Of a stretch of DNA of 36,909 bases, positions 13,649 through 22,362 are shown piece by piece (position 1 is the first letter of the stretch; each line of letters begins with the position of its first letter). The translations under genes and the position numbers were made by a program. The DNA comes from Dehalococcoidales bacterium. GTDB taxonomy: Bacteria > Chloroflexota > Dehalococcoidia > Dehalococcoidales > UBA5627. Location of the stretch: assembly GCA_028706995.1 (NCBI GenBank), contig JAQTVR010000001.1:1-36909 (forward strand), given 5' to 3'. The notes beneath the pieces were generated by a model. It did no database searches, had not been told where the DNA came from, and saw nothing but the letters and a program-made list of their open reading frames with translations.

Positions 13649-13840
13649 ATGAGTAACGCAATAGATAATTGGAATGACCCCGAATTCGTAAAGATAATCA
13701 CTTCGGTACAAACTCCCGATGAAATAGAATGTCCGAAATGCGGGATTGTGAAGTTAAAAGATTGCCGAGTAATAAGTACGTCAATGACATATTCAATAAC
13801 CTGCAAATGCGGGGAGCAGTTAGGATTTGAATGTTGGTAA
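13649..13840 (+). CDS. Small zinc-ribbon protein (63 aa)
   Basis: CPKCG ... CKCG motifs. ATG at 13649; the track start is 13637. Confidence 0.45.
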   Translation: MSNAIDNWNDPEFVKIITSVQTPDEIECPKCGIVKLKDCRVISTSMTYSITCKCGEQLGFECW

Positions 13841-14441
13841 CACCTTATTATCAAGACGAATATGTAACGATATACAACGGCGATTGCAGGGAGATATTAC
13901 CTCAATTAGACGTTAAGGTTGATTTAGTATTAACTGACCCACCGTATGGGATAGGAATTGCATCTAATCCTTTTAGACAAAAATTCAGCAAAAGCGATCG
14001 GGATAATAAACCTGTTGATGAGGAGTTATTACAATGGCTTTTGAGTTATGGGGATAATCAAATTATATGGGGTGGTAACTATTTTAATTTACCGCAGAGT
14101 AAATGTTTTTTGTATGGGATAAATTGCAATCGAGAGATTTTAGTTCTGCTATGTGCGAAATGGCTTGGGTTAGTAAGGATATGCCAGCCAAGATTTATAG
14201 AAAATGGGTAGTTAGTTATGACAAATACCATCCCACACAGAAACCAGATGATTTAATGGTATGGTGTTTATCATTCTTCCCTGAAGCTGATTTAATCCTC
14301 GACCCCTTTCTCGGTAGCGGTACAACAGCATTAGCAGCGAAGATATTAAACCGCAAATGTATCGGTATAGAGATAGAGGAAAAGTATTGCGAAATAGCTG
14401 CAAAGAGATGTTGTCAATCTGTAATGAGGCTTGAAGTATAG
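13831..14441 (+). CDS. N6-adenine/N4-cytosine DNA methyltransferase (PF01555-type), split into two frames at a T6 tract
   Basis: Frame 1 carries TDPPYGIG (motif IV) and GGNYFNLP. Frame 0, from 14103, carries VWDK..., HPTQKP and DPFLGSGTT (motif I). The junction is TTTTTTG at 14106-14112. Confidence 0.8.
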
Positions 14442-14442
14442 A

Positions 14443-14622
14443 ATGGGATATATAACAGGCTTAATAGGAATGTGGCTCTTATCCGATGGCATTTATAGCT
14501 GGGTGTTGTATGCCAACGCAAAGGGATGGAATGGTGTTAATCAAACCTTTCTCAAAGACCACTGGATTCGATTATTGAGGATATTATGCGGAATAGCATT
14601 GATAATAATTGGAGCGATATGA
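14443..14622 (+). CDS. Small membrane protein (2 predicted TM segments)
   Basis: Hydrophobic stretches ITGLIGMWLL and ILCGIALIIIGAI. The track start is TTG 14431. Confidence 0.45.
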   Translation: MGYITGLIGMWLLSDGIYSWVLYANAKGWNGVNQTFLKDHWIRLLRILCGIALIIIGAI

Positions 14623-14867
14623 CCCCGAAATACATTAAAAAAGAATTAGTTTTATCGGATAACGACTATGCCAAACTTGTCGGGCAGGCGGGGCTACAAT
14701 TAAACGCTATTCTGAAAGTATTTGACTGCTATGGAATGAGTGCCTATATACCCGGCGCAAAAGAGCTGATATTAGGCTTGATGGAGAACTTCGGGCAGGC
14801 AGTAAGGGGCGATAAGCACAAACCCATTCACGTTATCGATAAACCTTTGAGGAGGCCGACTGAATGA
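14619..14867 (+). CDS. Hypothetical protein (82 aa)
   Basis: ATGA overlap with the upstream stop; the track ORF starts at 14586. Confidence 0.5.
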   Translation: MTPKYIKKELVLSDNDYAKLVGQAGLQLNAILKVFDCYGMSAYIPGAKELILGLMENFGQAVRGDKHKPIHVIDKPLRRPTE

Positions 14868-14962
14868 AGAGAGATACTGTCAAATGCGCAGATTGTGGCG
14901 AACTTGTTTATATAGGTAAAAATGGCGGGGCCGCTAAAGACAACGGGAATTGGAAGTTTTAA
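14864..14962 (+). CDS. Small CxxC hypothetical peptide (32 aa, below the track cutoff)
   Basis: ATGA coupling with GAGGAGG upstream. Hand translation gives MKRDTVKCADCGELVYIGKNGGAAKDNGNWKF. Confidence 0.35.
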   Translation: MKRDTVKCADCGELVYIGKNGGAAKDNGNWKF

Positions 14963-15291
14963 TGTTTAAAGATTATAGAATCAGTAAACATAATTCTACA
15001 GCCTGCGGCTATCCCGGGCGATTTTTTGATTGGAATTTGTTTTGCTGGGATGGTAGCGAAGTAGAACCATACAAAGGAATAAAAGCTCCGTTACCACTTG
15101 TTGACGATTATTTAATCACAGAAAATTGTCAATATCTGCACATCCCCTATGATTGGAAAAATCAAGGAACTATATACAGGGTAAGACCAAATGAGAGCAT
15201 GTATGCAGGTAAAATATACCGAGGCAGATTAATAACATCCGTAAAAGCAATCAAAAAGGAAGACGGATGGTATTGGAGATTAAAATCATAA
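14962..15291 (+). CDS. Hypothetical protein (109 aa)
   Basis: TAATG coupling; the track ORF starts at TTG 14950. Confidence 0.5.
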   Translation: MFKDYRISKHNSTACGYPGRFFDWNLFCWDGSEVEPYKGIKAPLPLVDDYLITENCQYLHIPYDWKNQGTIYRVRPNESMYAGKIYRGRLITSVKAIKKEDGWYWRLKS

Positions 15292-15481
15292 GGGGAAACG
15301 AGTAAATATTGAGTTAGATAGGATTTATGGTGATAAAACCCGAAATTCAAATACTGTAGTGTAGCCACGCCAATCAAACCAACTATGCAGGGTATTATCT
15401 CTGTGTCAATTCCAATAAAGGTCGAGTGGGTAACATAGCCGAGAGAGCAAAGAGGGTGGGTTGCTGGCTAATAAGGAAGAA

Positions 15482-15700
15482 ATGAAAACAACCTTTGAAG
15501 ACGGATTCGAGGACTATAAAGACAAGATGAATAAACTGGCTAATGCACACGAAGCAGAGGCTTTTTATCTTGACAAGGTATCAACGGAATGCCGTTCTGT
15601 GGCGTTAGAATGCGAATCTGTGGCAGAATTAATATCAAAGACTACAGAAGTACTAAACGATGTAAAAGATAGCCTGATTCCTAATGAGGGATTAAATTGA
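15482..15700 (+). CDS. Acidic hypothetical protein (72 aa)
   Basis: AAGGAAG upstream of ATG 15482; the track uses TTG 15461. Confidence 0.4.
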   Translation: MKTTFEDGFEDYKDKMNKLANAHEAEAFYLDKVSTECRSVALECESVAELISKTTEVLNDVKDSLIPNEGLN

Positions 15701-15732
15701 TAACCTATTCAACGAGAAATGAAATCGTGTTT

Positions 15733-15870
15733 ATGGCGATATATAAGTTAAACCTGAAATTCACACACGAATTATTAAAGGACGTCAACAAGGATAATTA
15801 CTTTAGCTTTCTAACGAGGTATTATGATTTGCTGGCTGACAAGTGGAGAGAATACGAGGGAAAGAATTAG
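15733..15870 (+). CDS. Small hypothetical protein (45 aa, below the track cutoff)
   Basis: Hand translation gives MAIYKLNLKFTHELLKDVNKDNYFSFLTRYYDLLADKWREYEGKN. There is no clear SD. Confidence 0.3.
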   Translation: MAIYKLNLKFTHELLKDVNKDNYFSFLTRYYDLLADKWREYEGKN

Positions 15871-15991
15871 GGCTACGATATTTCACGTAGCCCGTAATCC
15901 GAAGTTTAAATTACTTTAATCTTCGGATAACCATAATATGGTTAGCTTCAATTTCCGCTACGTCCCTGACGTTCCAAAACAGCCTCGGGCT
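15871..15991 (+). promoter_or_regulatory. Cluster of five palindromes/hairpins upstream of terS (packaging-site candidate)
   Basis: GGCTACG..CGTAGCC 15871-92; ATCCGAAG..CTTCGGAT 15897-928; AACCATA-a-TATGGTT 15929-43; ACGTC-cct-GACGT 15960-72; AGCC-tcg-GGCT 15981-91. Confidence 0.4.
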
Positions 15992-16008
15992 TTCCAACGG
16001 ATTAAACA

Positions 16009-16569
16009 ATGAAAGATAAACTAACACAAAAACAAGAAAATTTCTGCCTCAACGTCTTTCAAGGTATGTCCCAACGAGAGGCTTATATACAGTCCTATAA
16101 ACCTAATTATGCTATAACAACTATTGATGCGAATGCTTCGAGGTTAGCAAGCAATGAAAAGGTTTTAAAGAGATTATCAGAACTCCGTGAGAAGGCACAG
16201 AATACAAAAATAGCCTCTGTAACCGAACGTAAGGAGATATTATCAGAGATAGCAAGGGCTAAGCTAACCGATTATCAAGAATCAGGTATGGATGGTGGCT
16301 GGATTAACATAGGCAAAGAGTCTCCTAATACGGCCTCAATATCAGAGATTGTCTCAACAACCAAATACGATGATAACGGCGCAAACCCTACATTGATAAC
16401 AAGGGTAAGACTACACAATCCCATAGAGGCTATAAAAGAGCTAAACAAGATGGATGGAGTTTACTCGGATAACACCACAGTTGTAAATAACGACAATCGG
16501 CAAATAGTTGTAAATGTGGTTAGTGAAAATGCCAGGCAATTAACGGAACGAATTATCAAGGGGGAATAA
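16009..16569 (+). CDS. terS: Terminase small subunit (Terminase_2/P27-like)
   Basis: LTQKQENFCLNVFQGMSQREAYIQSY...ASRLASNEKVLKRLSELRE, upstream of terL. Confidence 0.85.
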   Translation: MKDKLTQKQENFCLNVFQGMSQREAYIQSYKPNYAITTIDANASRLASNEKVLKRLSELREKAQNTKIASVTERKEILSEIARAKLTDYQESGMDGGWINIGKESPNTASISEIVSTTKYDDNGANPTLITRVRLHNPIEAIKELNKMDGVYSDNTTVVNNDNRQIVVNVVSENARQLTERIIKGE

Positions 16570-17198
16570 TGCCAGAAGTAGGCACTATTAAACACGGTAA
16601 AGAGATAGGCCATAAATGGGACGGTAAATTTATTTGGACTGCCTGCATTGGTTGCGGCAAGGAGCGCTGGGTAGCTTTATTAAAAAATGGAGATACCAAA
16701 ACAAAACGATGTCATTCATGCGCAGCCAAATACTATAAATTGGGCGTTAATACCCGCGGTGTCAATAATGTTAATTGGAAGGGCGGTAGGAGGGTAGACG
16801 CTAAGGGATATATAGCTGTTAAAGTTTATCCTGATGATTTCTTTTACCCAATGGCTACCAGCTGGGGTTATATCCAAGAGCATAGATTAGTTATGGCCAA
16901 ACATTTAGGTCGTTGCTTAAACCGTTTTGAGGTGGTACACCATAAAAACGGCATTAAGTATGACAATAGGATTGAAAATTTGGAATTAAGCACGAACGCG
17001 GCACACATTACAGACCACCATAAGGGTTATAAAGACGGCTACCAGAAGGGGTTGAATGACGGCAGGATTTCTAGAATTAAAAAATTAGAAGAGGAAGTCA
17101 TTGAGTTATCGGGACAAGTAAGATTACTACAATGGCGATTAAATAATGAAATGGGTAACGACATCAATTTACGAGAAGAACGCACAGGCCTATCTTAA
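16569..17198 (+). CDS. HNH endonuclease between terS and terL
   Basis: Motifs CIGCGKERW..CHSC and GYIQEHRLVMAKHLGRCLNRFEVVHHKNGIKYDNRIENLEL, with a C-terminal coiled coil. Confidence 0.85.
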   Translation: MPEVGTIKHGKEIGHKWDGKFIWTACIGCGKERWVALLKNGDTKTKRCHSCAAKYYKLGVNTRGVNNVNWKGGRRVDAKGYIAVKVYPDDFFYPMATSWGYIQEHRLVMAKHLGRCLNRFEVVHHKNGIKYDNRIENLELSTNAAHITDHHKGYKDGYQKGLNDGRISRIKKLEEEVIELSGQVRLLQWRLNNEMGNDINLREERTGLS

Positions 17199-18309
17199 AG
17201 GGCGGCGCCATATATTCAATGAAGGCGGTACCTATTCATCAAAAACCTACTCAATACTCCAATTACTTATATTGATTGCCACGTATGCTCCGCAACCCTT
17301 ACTAATATCGATAATAGCCGAATCGGTGCCGCATATAAAAAGGGGCTGCTTAAGAGATTTTATCAATCTAATGGGAGCAGATTTCGACCCTTCAAAATTC
17401 AATAAAACGGATTCCGTTTATGATTTTGGGAATGGCAAGATAGAATTTTTCTCCGCTGACGAGCCGAGTAAATTGAGGGGCGCTCGCAGGGATATATTAT
17501 TTATCAATGAGGTTAATAATATACCGTATGATGCCTATAGAGAACTGGATACCCGCACTAAAAAATGCACTATAGCTGATTGGAATCCTGTATCGGAATT
17601 TTTTATCCACGAACATGGTTTAATTAACGACCCTGATACGGAGTATATACATTCGACATATAAGGATGCCGTGAATGTAACCCCGCCGGAGGTCATTAAA
17701 AACATCGAGGCGATGGGGGCGAGAGACCCTAACTGGGCGAACGTTTATCTTTACGGCAAACTGGGTAAAATCGAGGGCTTAGTCTATCCGCACTTTGAAC
17801 AGGTTAATGAACTCCCTCAAGGCGATTACTTCTACGGGTTGGACTTCGGTTATTCTAATGACCCCTCTGTTTTAACAAAGAACGTCATTATCGAAGACAG
17901 ACTGTATTCCCAGGAGCTAATTTATCAGACCGGATTAACCAATGATATGATTTCAAATAGGATGAATGAGCTGGGAGTCCGCCAACACTACGATGAGATA
18001 TTCGCCGACGCGGCAGAACCGAAATCTATCGAGGAAATACATCGCAGGGGATTCAACATCAAGCCTTGCCCGAAAGGGGCTGACTCTGTGGAGTTCGGCC
18101 ATCAGAAGGTACGTCAATATAAACAGTACTGGACCAAAGACTCCACTAACTGCATAAAAGAACAAAGAAACTTCAGGTACATTCCCGATAAAGACGGCAA
18201 GCTGACCGATAAGACAACACACAACTTTTCACACGGGATGGATTCGAGAAGATACGCAGTTATCGGAAAGCTATTAACTATAAATCACAATCCCCTACAT
18301 ATCGGATAG
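17146..18309 (+). CDS. terL: Terminase large subunit (PBSX/Terminase_3-like)
   Basis: The Walker-A region reads FNEGGTYSSKT. Other motifs are ILFINE and nuclease-domain GLDFGYSNDPSVL. The start lies 53 nt inside the HNH ORF. Confidence 0.85.
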   Translation: MKWVTTSIYEKNAQAYLKGRRHIFNEGGTYSSKTYSILQLLILIATYAPQPLLISIIAESVPHIKRGCLRDFINLMGADFDPSKFNKTDSVYDFGNGKIEFFSADEPSKLRGARRDILFINEVNNIPYDAYRELDTRTKKCTIADWNPVSEFFIHEHGLINDPDTEYIHSTYKDAVNVTPPEVIKNIEAMGARDPNWANVYLYGKLGKIEGLVYPHFEQVNELPQGDYFYGLDFGYSNDPSVLTKNVIIEDRLYSQELIYQTGLTNDMISNRMNELGVRQHYDEIFADAAEPKSIEEIHRRGFNIKPCPKGADSVEFGHQKVRQYKQYWTKDSTNCIKEQRNFRYIPDKDGKLTDKTTHNFSHGMDSRRYAVIGKLLTINHNPLHIG

Positions 18310-18317
18310 GAGCTACT

Positions 18318-20321
18318 ATGTTAGAGAAACTACGGGAGCGGATATTCTACTCATTACTGCCTGCGAAAAGGCAGATAAACCAGTTTGACTTGACTTCGTT
18401 TTATACATCCAATACCCCTATTTATCCGCAGATGACGGTCCAGCGGGCTGTTAAAGATGGTTATAGGTTATCGGTATTCGTATATCGGTCTATAAGGACT
18501 ATCGTGCAAGCGGCATCGGGCATTCCCTGGATTGTTACCAAAGACGGGGAAGAAATCTACAATCACCCGTTCACAAAGACGTGGGCAAGTCCTAATAGAG
18601 AGTTTTCAGGGCAGGATAACATGGAGTTTATCATTGCTCATTTGAAACTGTGCGGGAACTCGATAATACAACCTTTAATGGTAAACGGGCAACCCAAAGA
18701 GTTCTGGGTATGTATGCCCGATATGATTAAACCAATCCCGTCAGACGTTAAGGGAGAATGGTTAAAAGGATGGGAGATACAACCTACAAACGGAAAGGTT
18801 ATTCAGGCCCCGCCGGAACAGTTTATACATTTTATGCAGTTCGACCCCGGCAATCCTTACTGGGGAATCGGAGATTTACAGGCTGCGGCCAGAACGATTG
18901 ACGCAGATAACGAAGCACAGGACACACAGAAAGTCCAATTACAAAATAGAAACGTACCGCCCGGGGTATTTCAATTCGAGCAATCCCTTGACGATGGACA
19001 ATTCGCAGAAGCCACAAAGAGGGTAAGGGAGAAATTCCTGCAAAAGTCGAAACGGGGTGAGCCGTGGGTGTTGGGTGGCGGGTACAAGTGGCAACAGATG
19101 TCTTTAACCCCGGTAGAGATGGATTATATTCAATCACGTTTACAGAATAAAAGAGACATCGCCGCCGCCTTTGGTATTGACCCCTGGCTACTGGGAGACA
19201 GGGAGCATTCGACTTACAACAATGTTAGTGAAGCACGAAGGGCATTATACGAGGATTCAGTCATTCCTTTATTGGATGACATCCGCTCAACTTTAAATCT
19301 GAAAGTAGCGCCTCTTTATGATGATGACATTTATATCTCCTATGACCTGTCTAACGTCTCCGCTATGAGAGAGGACTTCGGGAAGAAAGTCGAGCAGGCG
19401 GGTAAATTATGGTCAATGGGTATTCCCTTTGAACAAATCAACAACAAGCTGGAATTAGGCTTTGATGAGTTCGAAGGCTGGGAGACGGGTTATCTGCCTT
19501 TCAGCGTGGCGCCGGTAGGCACTCCCAAAGTAGAAGCCGAAAAGGATGAGGACTGGGAGAATTGGACTCTTGTCGAGGTTATCCCTTGGAAGTCGAAGTC
19601 CGAAGAAGAAAAGGCAATGCACTGGAAACGGATAGACAGACGAAAGGTAGCATGGGAGAACGTTTTAGCCAAGAGATTCAAGCCCTTATATGAGAAAGAG
19701 GGATTACTAGTAGAAAAAGCCTGTAAATCGAAATCAGACATACAGGTGGCTATCGAGTCTATGAAGGATGACTGGACTAAAAACTTAAAAGCGGCTTTGT
19801 TTGTCATTATAGAGGACTTCGGGAAAGAACTCGGGGAAAATATCAAGTCAGTTAAACCGAGTGAAAAGAAATACACCTTTGACCCGTATTCAGAGGCTGT
19901 TTTAACGTGGCTTACCGCTCATGCTGCTGAAAGTATCAGGTCAATCCAAGAGACCGATTTAATGGAAGTCAGGTCGATATTAGAAAGAGGGGTAGCGGAG
20001 GGTTTAACCAATACTCAAATCGCCAAGGAATTGAGAAAGTTTTATAACGAGAACGCAATTTATAAAGCGATGAGGGTAGCCAGAACCGAGACTGCCGCCG
20101 CCGCTTCCTACGGTCAATTATCATCCGCAGAACAGACAGGGGTGCTAAAGACGAAAATCTGGCTTAGTTCAAGGGACGCAAGGGTCAGGGATTCACACGC
20201 TGCCCTTGACGGGGAATCGAGACAGTTAAACGGAGTATTTTCAAATGGGTGTACCGCCCCGGGAATAGGCGGGGATGCTTCGGAGGTAATTAACTGTAGA
20301 TGTGTAATGCAGTTTGAATAA
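18318..20321 (+). CDS. Portal protein (HK97-type) fused to a Mu F / SPP1 gp7-like minor head protein domain
   Basis: 667 aa. The N-terminal ~400 aa look portal-like. The C-terminus reads MRVARTETAAAASYGQ...WLSSRDARVRDSHAALDGE...INCRCV. Confidence 0.85.
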   Translation: MLEKLRERIFYSLLPAKRQINQFDLTSFYTSNTPIYPQMTVQRAVKDGYRLSVFVYRSIRTIVQAASGIPWIVTKDGEEIYNHPFTKTWASPNREFSGQDNMEFIIAHLKLCGNSIIQPLMVNGQPKEFWVCMPDMIKPIPSDVKGEWLKGWEIQPTNGKVIQAPPEQFIHFMQFDPGNPYWGIGDLQAAARTIDADNEAQDTQKVQLQNRNVPPGVFQFEQSLDDGQFAEATKRVREKFLQKSKRGEPWVLGGGYKWQQMSLTPVEMDYIQSRLQNKRDIAAAFGIDPWLLGDREHSTYNNVSEARRALYEDSVIPLLDDIRSTLNLKVAPLYDDDIYISYDLSNVSAMREDFGKKVEQAGKLWSMGIPFEQINNKLELGFDEFEGWETGYLPFSVAPVGTPKVEAEKDEDWENWTLVEVIPWKSKSEEEKAMHWKRIDRRKVAWENVLAKRFKPLYEKEGLLVEKACKSKSDIQVAIESMKDDWTKNLKAALFVIIEDFGKELGENIKSVKPSEKKYTFDPYSEAVLTWLTAHAAESIRSIQETDLMEVRSILERGVAEGLTNTQIAKELRKFYNENAIYKAMRVARTETAAAASYGQLSSAEQTGVLKTKIWLSSRDARVRDSHAALDGESRQLNGVFSNGCTAPGIGGDASEVINCRCVMQFE

Positions 20322-20337
20322 ATCATAGTCAATCACC

Positions 20338-20365
20338 AAGCCCCGATTAAGGGGCTTTTTTATTA
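20338..20365 (+). terminator. Strong intrinsic terminator between portal and protease genes
   Basis: AAGCCCC-gattaa-GGGGCTT followed by TTTTATT. Confidence 0.75.
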
Positions 20366-20386
20366 CCCAATTTTAGGAGGGTTTAG

Positions 20387-21076
20387 ATGGAACGCAAGTT
20401 TATGAAGTTTGAGCTTAAAGAGGCAAACGAAGAAGAGGGGACATTTGAGGGTTATGCTTCAACGTTTACCGACATCCCGGACTCTTATGGGGATGTGGTC
20501 GATAAAGGGGCATTCAAAAAGACCATCAAAGAGAACAGGGGAAGGATAAAAATACTCTGGAATCACGATGTATTCGAGCCTATCGGAAAGCCTATTGAAT
20601 TATCCGAGGACGAAACAGGGTTATTCGTAAAGGGTAAATTGACACTCGGAGTTCAGAGGGCAAAAGAAGTCCTGGCTCTTATGAAAGACGGGGTTATCAA
20701 TGAGATGTCTATCGGTTATCAGACTATCACTGAGAAGTTTGTAGATAATATCAGACACTTAAAAGAGGTCAAGTTATTTGATGTCTCACCTGTTACCTTT
20801 GCAGCCAATCCCACCGCTCAGGTATTAGACGTTAAAGCCGTAGAAAGGTCATTAAGGAATAAAGATACAGAACCAATAGAGGAAGCTGTTAAATCGCTTC
20901 AGGCACTTCTTGAAAAGGTATCGGTTAAAGAGCCGGAAGAAACCACTCTTGAAACCGAGGCTAATCCGGAAGCCGCAGAAATTGAGGATGTATTGAACGG
21001 AATCCAATCAGAAATAGAGGGCTTCGATATCGAAGAGGCTAACTCAAGAATCGATGCCGCAATAGCAAAATTATAG
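20387..21076 (+). CDS. HK97-family prohead protease (S78/U35)
   Basis: FEGYASTFTDIPDSYGDVVDKGAFKKTI...ILWNHD...PIGK. Confidence 0.85.
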   Translation: MERKFMKFELKEANEEEGTFEGYASTFTDIPDSYGDVVDKGAFKKTIKENRGRIKILWNHDVFEPIGKPIELSEDETGLFVKGKLTLGVQRAKEVLALMKDGVINEMSIGYQTITEKFVDNIRHLKEVKLFDVSPVTFAANPTAQVLDVKAVERSLRNKDTEPIEEAVKSLQALLEKVSVKEPEETTLETEANPEAAEIEDVLNGIQSEIEGFDIEEANSRIDAAIAKL

Positions 21077-21086
21077 GAGGAAAACA

Positions 21087-22304
21087 ATGCCGGAAATCAA
21101 AGATTTAACTACTAAAATACAGGACACTTGGGAACAAATGAAAGCCAAGAACGACTCTATTATCGAGGAGTCGAAAGGGACAGTCAAAAAAGTTGAAGAG
21201 TGGAGAGCTGAGGACAGGGCTGAAATTACCAAAATGAACGATGCCCTTGACGGATTAAAGGAAAAGCTCGACAAAATCTCAATGGATAACGAAAGAGCAA
21301 AGCTGGTACTTCCGGGTGAGGAAAGACAGTTATCCGATGAGCAGAAATTCCGCAAGTCCGCTTTTATGAAATATATGAGAGAGGGCAGGGCTGCAATGTC
21401 ACCCGATGAGAAAAAGGCTCTTGTTCAGGACACTTCGGGTCTTTATCTTGTACCGGAAGATATGGAAGCCGAAATTATGCGGGCTGTTGCTCAGATTAAC
21501 ACTATCAGAAATTATTGCCGTGTTAGGAATACCTCTCGTAATGCCGTTAAGGTCAACTCAATCTCCGAAGTTTCTGTCGGATGGGGTAAACTCGAAACAG
21601 GAACAGATATTACCGAATCCACAATGACCCCGACTCAGGACACTATCTATGTTGAAGACCTTTACGGATTAACCAAAGTCGGTGAAGACGAACTGTCCGA
21701 CACTGACGCAAACATTCAGGCTATAATCGCTGATTCCTTTGCAGTAGCCATCGCCAATGCGGAAGCTAAGGCGTTTGCGGTAGGTACTGGACACACCACC
21801 TATTCACAGCCGGATGGTGTCGCTGTTGACGCTACTATTATCGCATCTTATAAAACCAACTGGACAACTGCGGATACGGCTATCCCTGATGATATGCTGA
21901 AAGCGGAGTACTATCTCCCTTCACAGTATAAGAACGGGGCTGCGTGGTTAATGCACTCCAAGACCGAACTTGAACTTAGGCTCTATAAAGAGGCTGTGGC
22001 TAGTGGTTACTATGGTAATTATATGTGGGCACCCGGATTAGCGGGAGCGCCGAATACTTTTGACACCTATCCTGTTATCAGGCAGGACGACATGAATTAT
22101 GCCGATGATGCAACTAAAGGCATAAATGTCATCTTCGGCAACTTCAAACTGGGTTATATGATTGTTGACAGAGCAGGTATCGGTATTCAGAGATTAGACG
22201 AACTCTATGCCGAGGCTGGACTGGTAGGCTTCAAGGTTCACAAGAGAGTCGGCGGCGGTGTTTATCGACCGGCTGCCTTCTGGGGCTTATATAACAATAC
22301 CTAG
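21087..22304 (+). CDS. Major capsid protein, HK97 family, with N-terminal coiled-coil delta domain
   Basis: 405 aa directly after the protease, with a helical ~100-aa N-terminus. AFAVGTGHTTYSQPDGV is an HK97-type motif. Confidence 0.9.
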   Translation: MPEIKDLTTKIQDTWEQMKAKNDSIIEESKGTVKKVEEWRAEDRAEITKMNDALDGLKEKLDKISMDNERAKLVLPGEERQLSDEQKFRKSAFMKYMREGRAAMSPDEKKALVQDTSGLYLVPEDMEAEIMRAVAQINTIRNYCRVRNTSRNAVKVNSISEVSVGWGKLETGTDITESTMTPTQDTIYVEDLYGLTKVGEDELSDTDANIQAIIADSFAVAIANAEAKAFAVGTGHTTYSQPDGVAVDATIIASYKTNWTTADTAIPDDMLKAEYYLPSQYKNGAAWLMHSKTELELRLYKEAVASGYYGNYMWAPGLAGAPNTFDTYPVIRQDDMNYADDATKGINVIFGNFKLGYMIVDRAGIGIQRLDELYAEAGLVGFKVHKRVGGGVYRPAAFWGLYNNT

Positions 22305-22318
22305 AAATTAAGGCTTTA

Positions 22319-22342
22319 AGGGGTGAGCCTTTAATCACCCCT
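22319..22342 (+). other. Stem-loop after the capsid gene (no U tract)
   Basis: AGGGGTGA-gcctttaa-TCACCCCT. Confidence 0.5.
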
Positions 22343-22362
22343 AAGAAAATTGGAGGGAAATT

